A DNA stretch of 64,000 nucleotides from Octopus sinensis (taxonomy: Eukaryota). Position 1 is the first letter of the stretch, and each line of letters opens with the position of its first letter. The position numbers and the translations under genes were made by a program. Shown piece by piece: positions 12,362 through 26,540 of this stretch. Below the pieces are notes generated by a model. The model saw nothing but the letters and a program-made list of their open reading frames with translations, did not search any database and was not told where the DNA came from. The stretch spans positions 20,026,001 to 20,090,000 of the forward strand of contig NC_043014.1 of assembly GCF_006345805.1 (NCBI RefSeq), given 5' to 3'.

Positions 12362-13637
12362 TCAGTAGTCTTATTCTTATCATGTGCCTTCACTTCACTA
12401 CCGAGAGTAGCTCTGTGTGCATCGGGTATGTGCTATGGTTTGTGATGCTCTTACTGAGAGTGTTTTACGTAGGATCTGCGCGATGCCTAGTAATGCTATA
12501 TTCTGTATGTGATACATATATTTGTAAGTCCTGGTGTTTTTGTTATGTATTTGTCTGGATGCTTTTATCATACTTAATGTACCTATTATGATAGGAATTG
12601 TTTCTGTTTTTAGTCTCCACATTCGAGTTACTTCTATTTCCATGTCTTTGCATTTTGAATGTTTATCCATTTCTTTTAGAGAAACGCTGCCATCTGTTGG
12701 TATTCACACATCGATTAGAGAGCATTTTTTTTCTTGATGATCTTTGACAATTATATCCTGGCTATTGGCATTAATTTCTCTATATGTGTGTATTGGTATA
12801 TCCCATAGTATGGTTGCTTTCTCATTTTCTGTGACCGTTTCAGGAATGTGCTTATACCATCTTTTTCTGTTGTTATTCCATAGTATTAGCATAGCTTCCA
12901 GTGTATGTAGGTCCCAACTCCGCCGTATCTGTGAATATATTCCATTTTAGCCAGGACTGGGCACCCAGAGAAAATATGACTGATTGTTTCGTGTTCATCT
13001 CCACATTTTCTGCAATTACTTATGTTTCTTTCCATTATATATTTTTGGTAATTACTGATGGGGAGGCTTTGATCTTCTGCTGCAATTAATAATCCTTCAG
13101 TTTCTACTTAGCTATTGTCGACATTTTGGTCTGTCTATTTCTTTTGCGTTTAATTTAACTCAGTATTTTCCATGTAGGGGATTTTCTCCATCGTTTTATC
13201 ATAACCCGTTTCTATTCCAGTTTTAGTGTGGGTTTCAGTTGTTTTACAGCTATGGTTTTTCCTCTTTTCCTTCATAATTGTTAGGCAGATTAACTTGTTT
13301 TTGTATTTATCAGCTTCCTTAAAGATTGAAAACAGTTTGTTTTGGTTTGTTCGTGTTTTGAGGCTATTTGTATTAGTTTTGTTTGCTTCTAAAGTAGGTA
13401 TTTTTTTAGTCCTGTTGTAGTTATTTTGTAATAGTTTTGTAGCTGTATAAGGCCTCCACCACATTCTATACGTTCTATATATAACCTTTCTATGTCATAT
13501 TTTGGATGGTGCATCATAAATCTTGTCATTTTTCTTCTTTCCTTGTCTATTTTGTTTTGTTCATTTAGTGTCCAGTTACAGATATTGTCGCTATAACATG
13601 TGACTGAAACGGCTAGTGTTGATATTGTTTTTCGCAC
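12362..13637 (-). mobile_element. Older R4/Dong-like copy related to subfamily B, including the RT thumb region
   Basis: MHHPKYDIERLY....GGGL, ILWDIPIHT.REINAN, IDV, TIPIIIG, a B-type 3'UTR; multiple stops and frameshifts. Confidence 0.85.
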
Positions 13638-13738
13638 TGAGCTCTGTTTCCAGTATTAATCTAACTCGTCTAGAGTATTCTATATTATTATTATTATTAT
13701 TATGATTATTATTATTATATTATTATTATTATTATTAT

Positions 13739-13797
<59 letters not shown>

Positions 13798-14270
13798 TAT
13801 GTTTGACTTTTGCTTTGTATTTGTACAAGTTGGCTCCGAGTCTCACCAAGACACCCCAAGAGACAATTAGAAGTTGATGTTGGTGTTATGCCTAGGGTGT
13901 CATATATTTGGTTTTGCACAAAGTATTGTTCTAGAGAATGTTTAGGAAAACAAGAAAATTATAAGTTTGTTTTAAAATTTGAGATTACATAGACAGTATT
14001 TTACGTAGGATATGGGCAGTTTCCATGGGCACTATCTTCTGAATTTCTGCCATTTTGGGGTTTGCTGGTATCTGAGCTAGGTAGCAATCAACCCCTTTTC
14101 TAGAGCACCTATGACAACAGGTATTGTTTTAGTCTTCAGGTTCCACATTTTGCCAGTTTCTATTTCAAGATCTTTATACTTACTCAGTTTTTGGTAGGTC
14201 TTGACAGATACGTTTAAATCAATTGGAACAGTTATATCAATGAGGAGGTTTTTTTTCTGAAGTCTTTCAA
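13798..14270 (-). mobile_element. R4/Dong-like subfamily A, 5'-truncated
   Basis: Reverse complement matches ~960-1424. Confidence 0.85.
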
Positions 14271-14307
14271 TATAATGTTTTGACTATTGTCTGAAGTATT
14301 TCAATAT

Positions 14308-14308
14308 T

Positions 14309-14346
<38 letters not shown>

Positions 14347-14349
14347 TAA

Positions 14350-14414
<65 letters not shown>

Positions 14415-14880
14415 TTATTATTATTAATATTATTATTATTATTATCATTGTTATAATTGTTGTTGTTATTATTATTATCATTATTATTATCATTAATATT
14501 GTTATTATTATCACTATTATTATTATTATTATCATCATCATTTTCATTATTATCATTATCATTATTATCATCATTACTAATATTGTTATTATTATTATTA
14601 CCATTATCCTTAATAATAATCACTATGATTATTGTTATCATTATTATTATTGCTATTATTATTATTATTATTATCATTACTATTGTTATTATTATCACTA
14701 TTACTATTATTATCATCATCATCATTTTCATTATTATCATTATCATTATCATTATTATTATCATTACTATTATTGTTATTATTATTATTACAATTATCCT
14801 TATTAATAATAATCACTATGATTATTGTTATCATTACTATTATTGCTATTATTATTATTATAATTATTATTATTATACAT
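14308..14880. repeat. (AAT)n followed by a degenerate (ATT/ATC) cryptic repeat with an internal ~190-bp tandem duplication
   Basis: The motifs catcatcattttcattattatc and aataataatcactatgattattgttatc each occur twice ~190 bp apart. Confidence 0.8.
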
Positions 14881-16009
14881 ATATTTAATGTTAAGGACTA
14901 ATTCATACATACAGTACAAAAATGTAGTCACAGGAGTTACGTAACCCATGGTAATCGACGAAACGTATTATTGTTGTTGTTGTTGTCGCTTTTGTTGTTG
15001 TTGATATTTATAGGTAAACCATGTAACATCATTGCTTCACCGAATTTAGGCTAAGTGTATGCATAAGTACAGACAACTTCAGAATCACATATGTTTTTGT
15101 TAACACCGTGTTACGTGCAATAAAAACTGCAACAAACCTGATGCTACTCTTGTTCTAACTGGTGTTGCTGCTGCCGCGGCAACTGATATTTGATGCTGTT
15201 GCTAATCCTGGTGTTGCTGTTCTTTTCTACTGTACAATCAGTTGCTGTACTGTTGCTGCTACTAAATGCAACAATGAAATGAATACAAACTGCTGTCTCA
15301 AACTACTGACGATGTAAAATTTCATTTTATTTGCTATTATGTTTTGTAAGAACGTTTGTGCAGAAAGTGTTGCATGTTTAAGAGTTTCGCATCGCAACTA
15401 CGCAATTTGGAGTTCAATCTCAAAGCGCTTCAATTTGAGTAAGTGTTTGGTGCCTTATAGTGTGGGTCGGTCAAAGACTTACGATCCAAATTTGAACAGA
15501 AGAAACTATATGAAAGTTAATGGAAGAGACATTTCCTCTTGATCGTTGTATTATTTAAACTGTCGCTCGGATTAACAGTACTAAGCAGCGTGGAATTGCT
15601 CTTCATAGGTTATAGATAAATTAAAAAGTTTGAATCAGGTAACTGGTCAAAGGATATCTTCCTCTCTCAAGGATGCATTGCAAAGGTTTATGGTCGCTTA
15701 CCTTACTCTGATAAGTCATGTAAAAATAAATGCACGTTTCTATAAAGTTAATGAAAGAGAATCATTAAGGTCAACTTACTCAAGAGTGAACTAAATAAAC
15801 TGAAGTAAAAGTAGCATCTTGAATATTTCTCTTTTATGACAATTAAATATATTGGTTTCAATAGGGCACAAGATAAGCTCAACATTTGATATTAAACAAG
15901 ATAAAGTTACGGTCCTTCGCTTTAAAATCTCATCGAGGCCAGATTTGGCGCTCAACCTCGCAAAGATCAAGGAAATGTGCACCATTAGGATACTCTTTAC
16001 TCTTTTACT

Positions 16010-16402
16010 CTTTTACTTGTTTCAGTCATTTGAATGTGGCCATGCTGGAGCACCACCTGTAGTCAAGCAAATCGACCCCAGGACTTATTCTTTGTAAGCC
16101 TAGTACTTATTCTATTGGCCTCTTTTACCGAACCGCTACTTTACGGGGATGTAAATACACCAACATCGCTTGTCAAGCGATGTTGGGGCACAAACACAGA
16201 CATACAAACATATACACACAGGTACATATATACATATATACAACAGGCTACTTTTAGTTTCGTCGACCAAATCCACTCACAAGGCTATGGTCAGCCCGAG
16301 GTTATAGTAGAAAACACTCTCCCAAGGTACCACTCAGTGGCACTGAACCCGGAGCCATGTGGTTCGTAAGCAAGCTACTTACCACACAGCCACTCCTACG
16401 CC
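16010..16402 (-). mobile_element. SINE family 2
   Basis: Reverse complement of the family 2 consensus, head at ~16400. Confidence 0.8.
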
Positions 16403-16547
16403 TGAATGGGATATAATCGAACGGGCAAATTTCTACGACAAGAAATTTATATAAATTTTCAGCCATTGGTAGATGCTGCTAAATTTCCAAGTTACGATTA
16501 AGTAGTTCTTGGTTTGCTTACCTATACCATAGCAAATGAAGAATATA

Positions 16548-16568
16548 AATAACAACGACAACAACAGC

Positions 16569-16634
<66 letters not shown>

Positions 16635-16645
16635 AAGAAGAAGAA
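16548..16645. repeat. (AAT)n(AAG)n compound microsatellite
   Basis: Directly visible. Confidence 0.95.
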
Positions 16646-16649
16646 AAGC

Positions 16650-17697
16650 AAAAAAATTGCTATTGATCTCGTGCAGGATACCCAAACTGAACAACCCAAG
16701 GCAACTATTGTTGCAAAGAAGGTGAAAATAATGGCAACGAAAAAAGCGCACGAGCAATTGGCTGATAGGTGGGAGGAGAAACCTCTGCACGGCAAATATG
16801 TGACCCGCAGCAAACAAGCTGATGTTGACCAGAAGCAAACCCATCAGTGGCTACGGAGCTCAGGGCTAAAAGCAGAGAGCGAAGGTTGCTCAAGATCAAA
16901 GCCTATTAACCCGGAGCTACCAGGCCAATGTGATGAAAAATGGAGCAGACCCAAAATGCCGATTCTGCAACGACATGATTGAAACAGTGGACCACCTAAT
17001 CTCTGGATGTAAAGTCTTAGCACCAATGGAGTATAAATTAAGACATGACAGAGTTGGCCAATATCTCCACTGGCTAATAAGTCGGCATTACAATATCAAA
17101 ACTGCCGACAAGTGGTATAATCACCACCCTGAGGCTGTAACTGAAGGAGAAAATGTAACCATCCTGTTGGACTTTCCAGTACATACAGACCGAACCATCA
17201 AGGCCAATAAACCAGATATTGTTGTGAAAGACCAAAACAATAAAGTTTGCTTATTGATCGACATGAGCATCCCCTGTGATCATAATATCTCAGCGAAAGA
17301 GTTTGACAAGCTCAGAAAATATAAAGACCTACTCATTGAAATTGAGAAAATGTGGCATCTCAAGGCGGTTACAATACCAGTGATCGTAGGAGCACTAGGA
17401 ATGATCAAGAAGGGAACCGAAAATTATATGAGAATGATCCCTGGCTTACCATCCCTGCAAGAAGTGCAAACAATTGTCTTAACTGGTACGTCACACGTAT
17501 TGAGAAGAGCATTGTCGATGTGAGAACTGTTGCTGCTCATGTATTTTAATTTAACTTAAAAAAAAAATTTTTTTAAATGAACGAACTATTGAGTTTGGTT
17601 TAATGGCCTACCAATGTATACTATGAGTTTCTTTGCCCTAGGAGTCAGGAAGACACTCGGCAAGAAATGGAAGCAAATTTGAAAGAAGAAAAAAAAA
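16650..17697 (+). mobile_element. R4/Dong-like subfamily E, 5'-truncated, one small deletion/frameshift
   Basis: RWEEKPLHGKY, SSGLKAESEG, CRFCNDMIETVDHLISGC, RHDRV, KPDIV, IDMSIP, KYKDL, ...RRALSM*; followed by (aat)n. Confidence 0.92.

Positions 17698-17792
<95 letters not shown>
17698..17792. repeat. (AAT)n tail/target tract
   Basis: Directly visible. Confidence 0.95.
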
Positions 17793-17793
<1 letters not shown>

Positions 17794-18404
17794 TTGGTTT
17801 CAAAATTAGGCAAGAGGCCAGCCATGTTGGAGGAGGAGATTTGACGATTACATTGACCCCAGGGCTCAGCTGGCAATTGTTTTATCGACTTCGAAAGGAT
17901 GAAAGGCAAAGTCGATCTTATCCTGTATGCAGACAACAATACCTTGCTTATTCACCCGAAGAGATGCACTAATCGGTCAATAAATTCAAAAATATATACA
18001 ACCGCTTAGCTCTGACAATTAATATCTGAAAGACCAAAATACTTCCACGACCTACTCCAAATTTAACCTTCTACATTTCAACATTCGCATCTTTATCACA
18101 CATATATATATATATTGAAATTTATATTGTTAACAAAGAATGTGTCATTGAAATTTGCGTGGAATTTCTTTGCGAAAACATGAAGCTTGAATTGTCGAAC
18201 TGAATTATAAAGAAAATCATGAAAAATTCACGAATATTATTTGCTTTCAAGTCACACATTATTATGTAGATCCACGATCTCAGGCTTATACTACAATTTA
18301 TATTTTCTCTCGATACAATAGGCACTTAAAACAACTAACAATAGTATAGCACATAGTCCCAAGTCATCTTCACTTCCAAGTGACAATCGTACATTTTACG
18401 TCAT

Positions 18405-18860
18405 ATAGTGGCTGTGTGGTAAGAACCTTGCTTTCCAACCATATGGTTCCGGGGTCAATCCTACTGCGTGGAAACTTGGGCAAGTGTCTTCTACTATAGC
18501 CTCGGGCCGACCAAAGCCATGTGAGTGTATTTGGTAGAAGAAACTGAAAGAAGCTCGTCGTATATATATATATAGATGTGTGTGTGTGTGTATGTGTGTG
18601 TGTGTGTGTGGTGTGTGTGTGTGTGTGTGTTGTGTGTGTTTGTTTGTTTGTGTGTCTGCATTTGCCCACTAACATCTTTTGACCACAAATGCTGGTGTGT
18701 TTACGTCTTCGTAAACTAGCGATTCGGCAAAAGAGACCGGTAGAATAATTATAAGCCTTGCAAAGAATAAGTCCTGGGTTCGATTTGCACGACTAAAGTC
18801 GGTGCTCCAGCATGGCCAGAGTCAAATGATTGAAAGAAGTAAAAGAATAAAAGAATAAAA
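18405..18860 (+). mobile_element. SINE family 2
   Basis: gtggctgtgtggtaagaaccttgc head through tgattgaaagaagtaaaagaataaaag tail. Confidence 0.8.
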
Positions 18861-19439
18861 GAATGTGTGCGTGTGTGGTGTGTGTGTGCGTGTATGTGTG
18901 CGTGTGTGTGTGTGCATGTATTTCAAGAAAAGAGGCACAATAAAAGTGCGACACGCAACAGATATCAGGATATGCATTTCATCCCTCTCTCTCTCTCTAT
19001 CTGTCTGACTCTCTCTCCCTCTCTCTATCTATCTGTCTCCCTCTCTCTGCCTCTCTCTCTCTCTTTCCCTCCGGTTCAACAGTTTTGGATTTGAATCTAG
19101 GGCTGCATTCTTCGGTCAACTTTAATATGAAGCCTTATCTGTCCTCTGCTATTTCTTTGTCATGCGAGGTTGTTAGTATTTTGAGTAATGTCAAAAACGT
19201 ATATATTTGGATATTCAATATCGATTATTCATTTCATTGCCAGACACTGAAGAGGTGTGTGTGTGTGTTTGATTGCATAATGTATCTGTAACCGTAACGT
19301 AATTAAATATACCTTTTGCTGTAACGCGTATATGTCCCATAAGGTATTGGGTATCATCCCTACTTTCTGTTTTATTATAGACATAAGCGCGTACGTACGC
19401 ACGCACACGGACACTCACACAAAATATATATCTTTATAT

Positions 19440-19715
<276 letters not shown>

Positions 19716-20273
19716 ACACCACGTTATTAAAGAATGCATGAATGGCAAACATGGTTTATCGATAGCAGTAAACAATTAAAATATATGAAAACAAAGTACA
19801 AATTTACGATGAGATTCACTCTAGTTCTACAGTGTAACTACGACAATAATAGTGATTATATATATTTATATACTTACTATGAAAACAACAGAAATTCTCT
19901 TATATGTTGTTATTATAACAACAAGAGTAGTTACCGTGACAACAATAGTGGTTCTATATATATTGTAACTATAGCAACACTGGTGATAATATAGGCAATG
20001 CTACTACAACAGTAGAGTGAGATGAATTCCTTACTACACTACTAAGGGACATCACTGGTGTGAAATGGGTTGTGGGCTTCAGGACATTTTGTGTTCATAG
20101 TACTGTGTCAAACAGAAATAAGGTCATGCCTTTACCTCGACATGCGTAGAGACAGAGACGGATTTACCTCACGACAAATACAGATCAACGATCGTGTACA
20201 CAACATATGGCATATTTAAGTTTTCATGGATGTAGCTACCCAACTGATCATATGTACATATATACATACATAT

Positions 20274-20320
<47 letters not shown>

Positions 20321-20363
20321 ATATTATATATATATATGTGTGTGTGTGTGTACATATATATAT

Positions 20364-20394
<31 letters not shown>

Positions 20395-21369
20395 GTACGT
20401 ATATATGATATATAAAGAATTCCGAAAACTTACATCAAACATGCAAACATAGGTGTGAACATACAACTGTGTATTTTTACCAGCAAGCCCAAGCAGAGAT
20501 ACACATTTTCTATCTGCACACTTGCACGCATAGACTGATTAGCTTATACAGGCAAATCTAAACCACATTGTCGTTAGTTCCAGATACCTACAGACTCATG
20601 TAGGGCCGGACTAAGACACTCAATACAACATCAATGCAAAGTCCAACTATATTCAAATATCAATTATCTTATCCACATTTCATTTGTTGCAATTATACAG
20701 CCTAAAGTATAACGCTGTAATTAAGGCGGCGAACTGGCCGAATTGTTAGCACAGCGATTAAAATACTAAGCGGTATTTCGTTCGTCTTTACGCTGTAAGA
20801 TCAAATCCTGGCTACGTCAAATTTGAAATCAATATTATAGCATAGTTGTACCAGGAGAACTTTCTAGTAGGCAATTAATTCATATGGTGTGTTACGGGAT
20901 TTTTCTCATACACTGATTGATAATTAATTGCGTTACACCAGATGATTAATCTGGACATTGGCTATTATATTGAGGTGACCCTATTTCGTCGCGAATGCAG
21001 AATATACACTTCTTTCTAGTTTACACATTTAATATGATCTCAAGACAAGGCAGGTGTTACATATTCGTCTTTAGAATTACTTCACATGCTTCATGTTGCG
21101 TTTATAATTTCCAATAAAGCTTTCATTACTAATCGTACGTCATCAGGCGATTCATTATTGCATTTGTCAGACATATGAACATTCTGGACTATATATAGTT
21201 GTGTTGTGCTAATTGCAATGAAGTCGTTGGAACATATTGAGGTTGAAAATTGCGACATTTTTCTTTAGTCTCACGTCTTCTCAAAAGTTTACCAGATCAT
21301 TATATATATATAAAATGTATGTATATATATGCATTTACATATGTATAAAGATAGATATGTATAAATATA

Positions 21370-21403
<34 letters not shown>

Positions 21404-21915
21404 ACACATATAGTAAGATATACTGAAAAATATGTATGCTTGTTTGTGTGGCCATCTCAATATTTGCGTATATTTGTTTGTGATTCTTTTTATGCATATA
21501 TAAATGCGGATATGCGGATATATATGCGTGTGTGTATTTGTGTGCACCTGAGTCTACGTGAGAGTGTAGGCGTGTGCATTAAAGAAAAATATAAATGTGA
21601 ACATGCATATATATATACGTTTTTATTGCTTTAAGAAATATTGTTGAATTCTATTTGATTATTTATTTAAAATGACCTGAGGAGTGACTATACTTTAAAT
21701 TGAATTGTTTTTGAAGCGATTAAATTTAAATTTATTTGTAATTGGAATTGAAGTTATAGTCACGAAACATACGTAGTCTTTTTACTTCTTATATACTGTT
21801 TATTTATTATGTACTTTTTGTGATCTAGATATATGACTGTGAGAAAGGTATGCTTAGTTCCTGTAGTAATGACACTACTACAGCAGCAGAATTAGTAGTA
21901 GTAGTGGTGGTGGTT

Positions 21916-21954
<39 letters not shown>

Positions 21955-22319
21955 ATGTGAGCGACTTTGGAAAATCTACAAGTGCTATTATGAATATCAT
22001 CCCCACCACAACCACGACTACTACGACTACTACTACTACTACTATTACTACTACTACTACTACGACTACTACTACTACTACCTTTACGTACACGAATGAT
22101 GTTTTGTAGGTCTAAATGAAATACATATATGTTTTTTCTCCCAAAATCTCGGATCAATAGACTTTCCATAATCATTTTCTCTTTCTTTCACTCTCTACTC
22201 TTCGTGTTTATCTCTCACTCTCTCTCTCTCACTCTCATTCTCTATCGCTCTTCATCGTGTTTTTCTTTGCTTGGTTCTCTGTTTCATTTTTTCCTGATTC
22301 ATTTTTCACCTATTTCTCT

Positions 22320-22325
22320 CTCTCT

Positions 22326-22407
<82 letters not shown>

Positions 22408-22418
22408 TATATATATAT

Positions 22419-22459
<41 letters not shown>

Positions 22460-22533
22460 TATATGCATATATGTATGCATGTATGTATGTATATATCTAT
22501 ATCTATCCACCTATCTATCTATCTATACACACC

Positions 22534-22617
<84 letters not shown>

Positions 22618-22630
22618 GTGTGTGTGTGTA
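22320..22630. repeat. (CT)n(TA)n(CA)n compound microsatellite
   Basis: Directly visible. Confidence 0.9.
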
Positions 22631-23021
22631 ATTGTATGTATATAACTTTCCATATCTTTCCATTTGTTTGTCTGCTTGAATTTTTGGGTTTATCTTTGTC
22701 TATAGTTAGCCTTTGTATGTTTCTAATCATAATAAGCAAAGACATCAATAAGTAACAACCCTGCTTACAGTCGTGTTTGCTATATTTGCTCAGCTGGCGA
22801 CCGAAAAATTTTTAATAACTAACTTTTATTGCGTAAAAATATGTTTTTCACAAACATGTTTAATGTTGTTCATTGGCTTAATGGCTGTTTTTCCATTTTT
22901 CACGAATGATACACAGGCACGAATATATACGCATGCATATTCCTATACACATACATATATAGACATATCAACACATACGCATATCTATATGCATCAAATT
23001 CACTTATGTACATGCGTGTAT

Positions 23022-23057
<36 letters not shown>

Positions 23058-23179
23058 CTCTGTGTGCGTGCATTGGTGTGTGTAAGAGAACATGTCAGCA
23101 CATGTGCAAGCACCTATTAATATACGCGTGGGCATGTCTGTTATTGTCTATGTGTTAGTGATGCTGATTTTAATTTTTT

Positions 23180-24040
23180 AACACAAGGCCTGTAAGTTAA
23201 AGGGAGTGTAAATCGATTATATCGACTCCATTGTTCAACTGGTATTTATTGTATCAACCCGAAAAGATGAAAGAAAAAGTCGAACTCGGCCGAATTCGAA
23301 ATCAGAAGGTAGTAGCAGACAAAGTACTACTAAGCATTTCGTCCGACGTGCTAACGATTCTGCCAGCTCAACACCTTAACTTGACTGTATATTCTTTTCT
23401 ACTCTAGGCATAAAACGCAAAATTTCGGTGTAGCGGGGCTAGTCGATTAGATCGATCCCAGTACGCAACTGGTACTTGATTTATCGACCCCAAAAGGTTG
23501 AAAGGCAAAGTTGACCTCGGCGGAACTTGAATTCAAAATGTAGCAGCAGATGAAATGCCTATTTCTTTACTACCCACAAGGGGCTAAACACAGAGAGGAC
23601 AAACAAGGACAGACAAAGGAATTAAGTCGATTATATCGACCCCAGTGCGTAACTGGTACTTTTTTAATCGACCCAGAAAGGATGAAAGGCAAAGTCGACC
23701 TCGGCGGAATTTGAACTCAGAACGTAGCGGCAGATGAAATTCCGCTAAGCATTTCATCCGGCGTGCTAACGTTTCTGCCGGCTCGCCACATTTAGTTGTT
23801 TATATATTAATTTATTTATTGCTTGTAGGGAACTAAATATAGAGGGAACAAACAAGGACAGATAAAGGAATTAAGTTGATTACGTCGACCCCAGAGTGTA
23901 ACCGGTATTTATTTAATCGACTCTGAAAGGATGAAAGGCAAAGTCGACCTCGGCGGAATTTGAACTCAGAACGTAAGACAGACAAAATACTACTAAGCAT
24001 TTCGCCCGGCGTGCTAACGTTTCTGCCAGCTCGCCGCTTT
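23180..24040 (-). mobile_element. Cluster of four same-strand SINE family 1 copies (head gcggcgagctggcagaaacgttagcacg; B-box gagttcaaattcc)
   Basis: Units at approximately 23180-23378, 23395-23557 (interrupted), 23558-23788 and 23835-24040. Confidence 0.85.
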
Positions 24041-24446
24041 AAACTTGTCGACATACTACAAAATAAATGCAGGTGTTTTATACCTCCTGAAGACAACGGT
24101 GCCATCCTTGACGATTTATTTAAATGAACCTGAAGACTTCACCGTACACAACACCATTAGGCGAACATTTTTCTCGGTTTTTCAAAATAATTATGGATAC
24201 TGCGAACCGTTCTGTGCATAGTTAATTTTTGAACTCCACGTGCCGTGTAAAACTTTTAATTTCACAGTCAATACTTTTTGAATCTTGCTTTATTTTTGCT
24301 GTTGTTTCTGCTTTTTTTTATATATATATATATACATTTCTCCATTGCCTACAATATTAGTTTCCAAACTTATTCCCTATATCCCAGGCTCCCTCTTTCG
24401 CCCGTTCACTTTCCCTCCGTCTTGATTTCTTACGTTCTCTTGCGTG

Positions 24447-24546
24447 NNNNNNNNNNNNNNNNNNNNNNNNNNNNNNNNNNNNNNNNNNNNNNNNNNNNNN
24501 NNNNNNNNNNNNNNNNNNNNNNNNNNNNNNNNNNNNNNNNNNNNNN
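24447..24546. other. Assembly gap (100 N)
   Basis: Run of N. Confidence 1.
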
Positions 24547-24814
24547 CCTTTAATTTTCCCTGATCTATGAACATTAAAGTTCCCATTAATACTGGTCCTA
24601 TTTTATCTACTGATGTCTATTTCTTTTCTTTGTCTCCAAGCTAAAGACTACATCGAGAAATACAGAAAAACCTTTTTCATTTTGCTTCGGTTTTAATCAC
24701 CGAACATCATGCAAAGATCAACGGTCATTCCATACTTCTGAGAAGCAGCGACTTCATGTGCTCTTAGATTAGAATGGCAAAGTCATATGTATCTTATAAA
24801 ATATCAGAGCCGCG

Positions 24815-25385
24815 AAGGCGCGTCACTTAGTGGTTACAGTATTCGACTTATGATCGTAAACTCGTGAGTTCGATTCCTAGTGACGCGTAGTGTCCTTGAG
24901 CAAGGCACTTTATTTTACCGCCTCCCAGTTTATTTAACTGCCAAAACTAAGTTGTACCTTATTTCAAAGGGCCAACTTTGTCGCATTCTGTGTCAAGCCG
25001 AATCTTTCTGAGAACTACGCTAAAGGCGGCGAGCTGGCAGAAACGTTAGCACGCCGGGCGAAATGCTTAGCAGTATTTCGTCTGCCGTTACGTTCTGAGT
25101 TCAAATTTCGCCGAGGTCGACTTTGTTTTTCATCCTTTCGGGGTCGATAAATTAACTACCTGTTACGCACATTGGTGGATATAATCGACTTAAATCCTTT
25201 GTCTGTCCTTGTTTATCCCCTCTATGTTTAGCACCTTGTGGACAATAAAGAAATAACAAATAAGATACGTTAAGGGTACACGTATCTGTGGAGTGACCGG
25301 CCACTTGCACGTATATTTTACGAGCAGGCTGTTCCATTCATCGGGTCAACAGAAGCACTCGTCGTCGTAACTGACAGAGTGCCAA
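24815..25385 (+). mobile_element. SINE family 3-like host element split by a nested family 1 SINE
   Basis: Family 3 body (gaatct..gagaactacg / ttaagggtacacg) resumes after the insert. Confidence 0.75.
25023..25265 (+). mobile_element. SINE family 1, full length, nested
   Basis: Full head to tail; flanked by tacgctaaag and tacgttaagg (TSD-like). Confidence 0.85.
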
Positions 25386-25767
25386 AACCGTATCAGTGCC
25401 ACACTGACTCAGATGAAACCTCACGATGTACTCAATGGAAAGTAGATGAAGTGTATACCTGACTTGGGATATGTTAAAATAATATCGTCATATAAACACT
25501 ATTATACAATATTAATTCACATATTAATGAATAAAAATATGCATGCGTTTCTATTCATAGTATAGTATTATGAATGTATTATTTAGGTATGCACATAAAC
25601 ACATTTACAGTAACATAGATTCATACAGAAACACCATGGCAAACAAAAAATAACACCTAAGTGCACCGACACGCACACACACGCACTCACACACACATTT
25701 TGTGGGGGCTTAAACATGGTTATGCACTTACATCTATCATATAAAAATGGCATTCATACATACATAC

Positions 25768-25816
<49 letters not shown>

Positions 25817-25869
25817 ATATATATATATCTGTGTGTATGTATGTTTGTATGTATGTATGTATGTATGTA

Positions 25870-26030
25870 TTACATTTTTTCTCTTCTCTCTTGCTTTTTG
25901 TGTCCCTTTCTGTAGGAGACCGTAGGCTCGAAACGTAAAAGCCTTTTTCTATTCCTGAGCGTTATACTAATACAAGTCTGTTTTGTACACCACCTGTCTT
26001 CGTCTTTTGGTTTTTTCGCAAACTCTCCCT
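25870..26030 (+). mobile_element. Possible Penelope-like terminal-repeat relic in a TA tract
   Basis: Contains ctgtagga-gaccgtaggctc-GAAA-cgta, a hammerhead-like remnant; TA microsatellite on both sides. Confidence 0.3.
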
Positions 26031-26334
26031 ATATATTATATACTTGTAACATTAAGTATATAAAACGTGGTGTAGCCATGTAAGTATGCATGCATGTTCG
26101 TATGTTTATATAATATATATATATATATATATAATAATATATATAATATATACATACATACATACATACATATATATATATACATACATACACACACCAC
26201 ACACACCACACACAACATATACATATATATAATATATTATATTTATATATATATATATATATGGACGAAAGGTTGCTAAGCACTTTGTCGGGCGTTTTAA
26301 GGGTTGTAGCGTCTCGCCGCCTTCAATAATAATA

Positions 26335-26540
26335 ATGTTGTTTTCAAAATTTGGAACAATGCCAGTAATTTCGTGGGAGAAGGTAAGTCGATTACATTGA
26401 CCCTTGTGCTCAACTGGTACTCATGTTAACGACCCCGGATGGATGGAAGGTAAAATTCAGCCTCCGTGGAATTTGAACTCAGAGCGTATAGACGGATGAA
26501 ATACCGGTAAGCATACTGGCCGGTAAAATGCTGGTCTCTC
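26335..26540 (-). mobile_element. SINE family 1-related copy, decayed
   Basis: gtcgattacattgaccc...gaatttgaactcag motifs. Confidence 0.65.
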
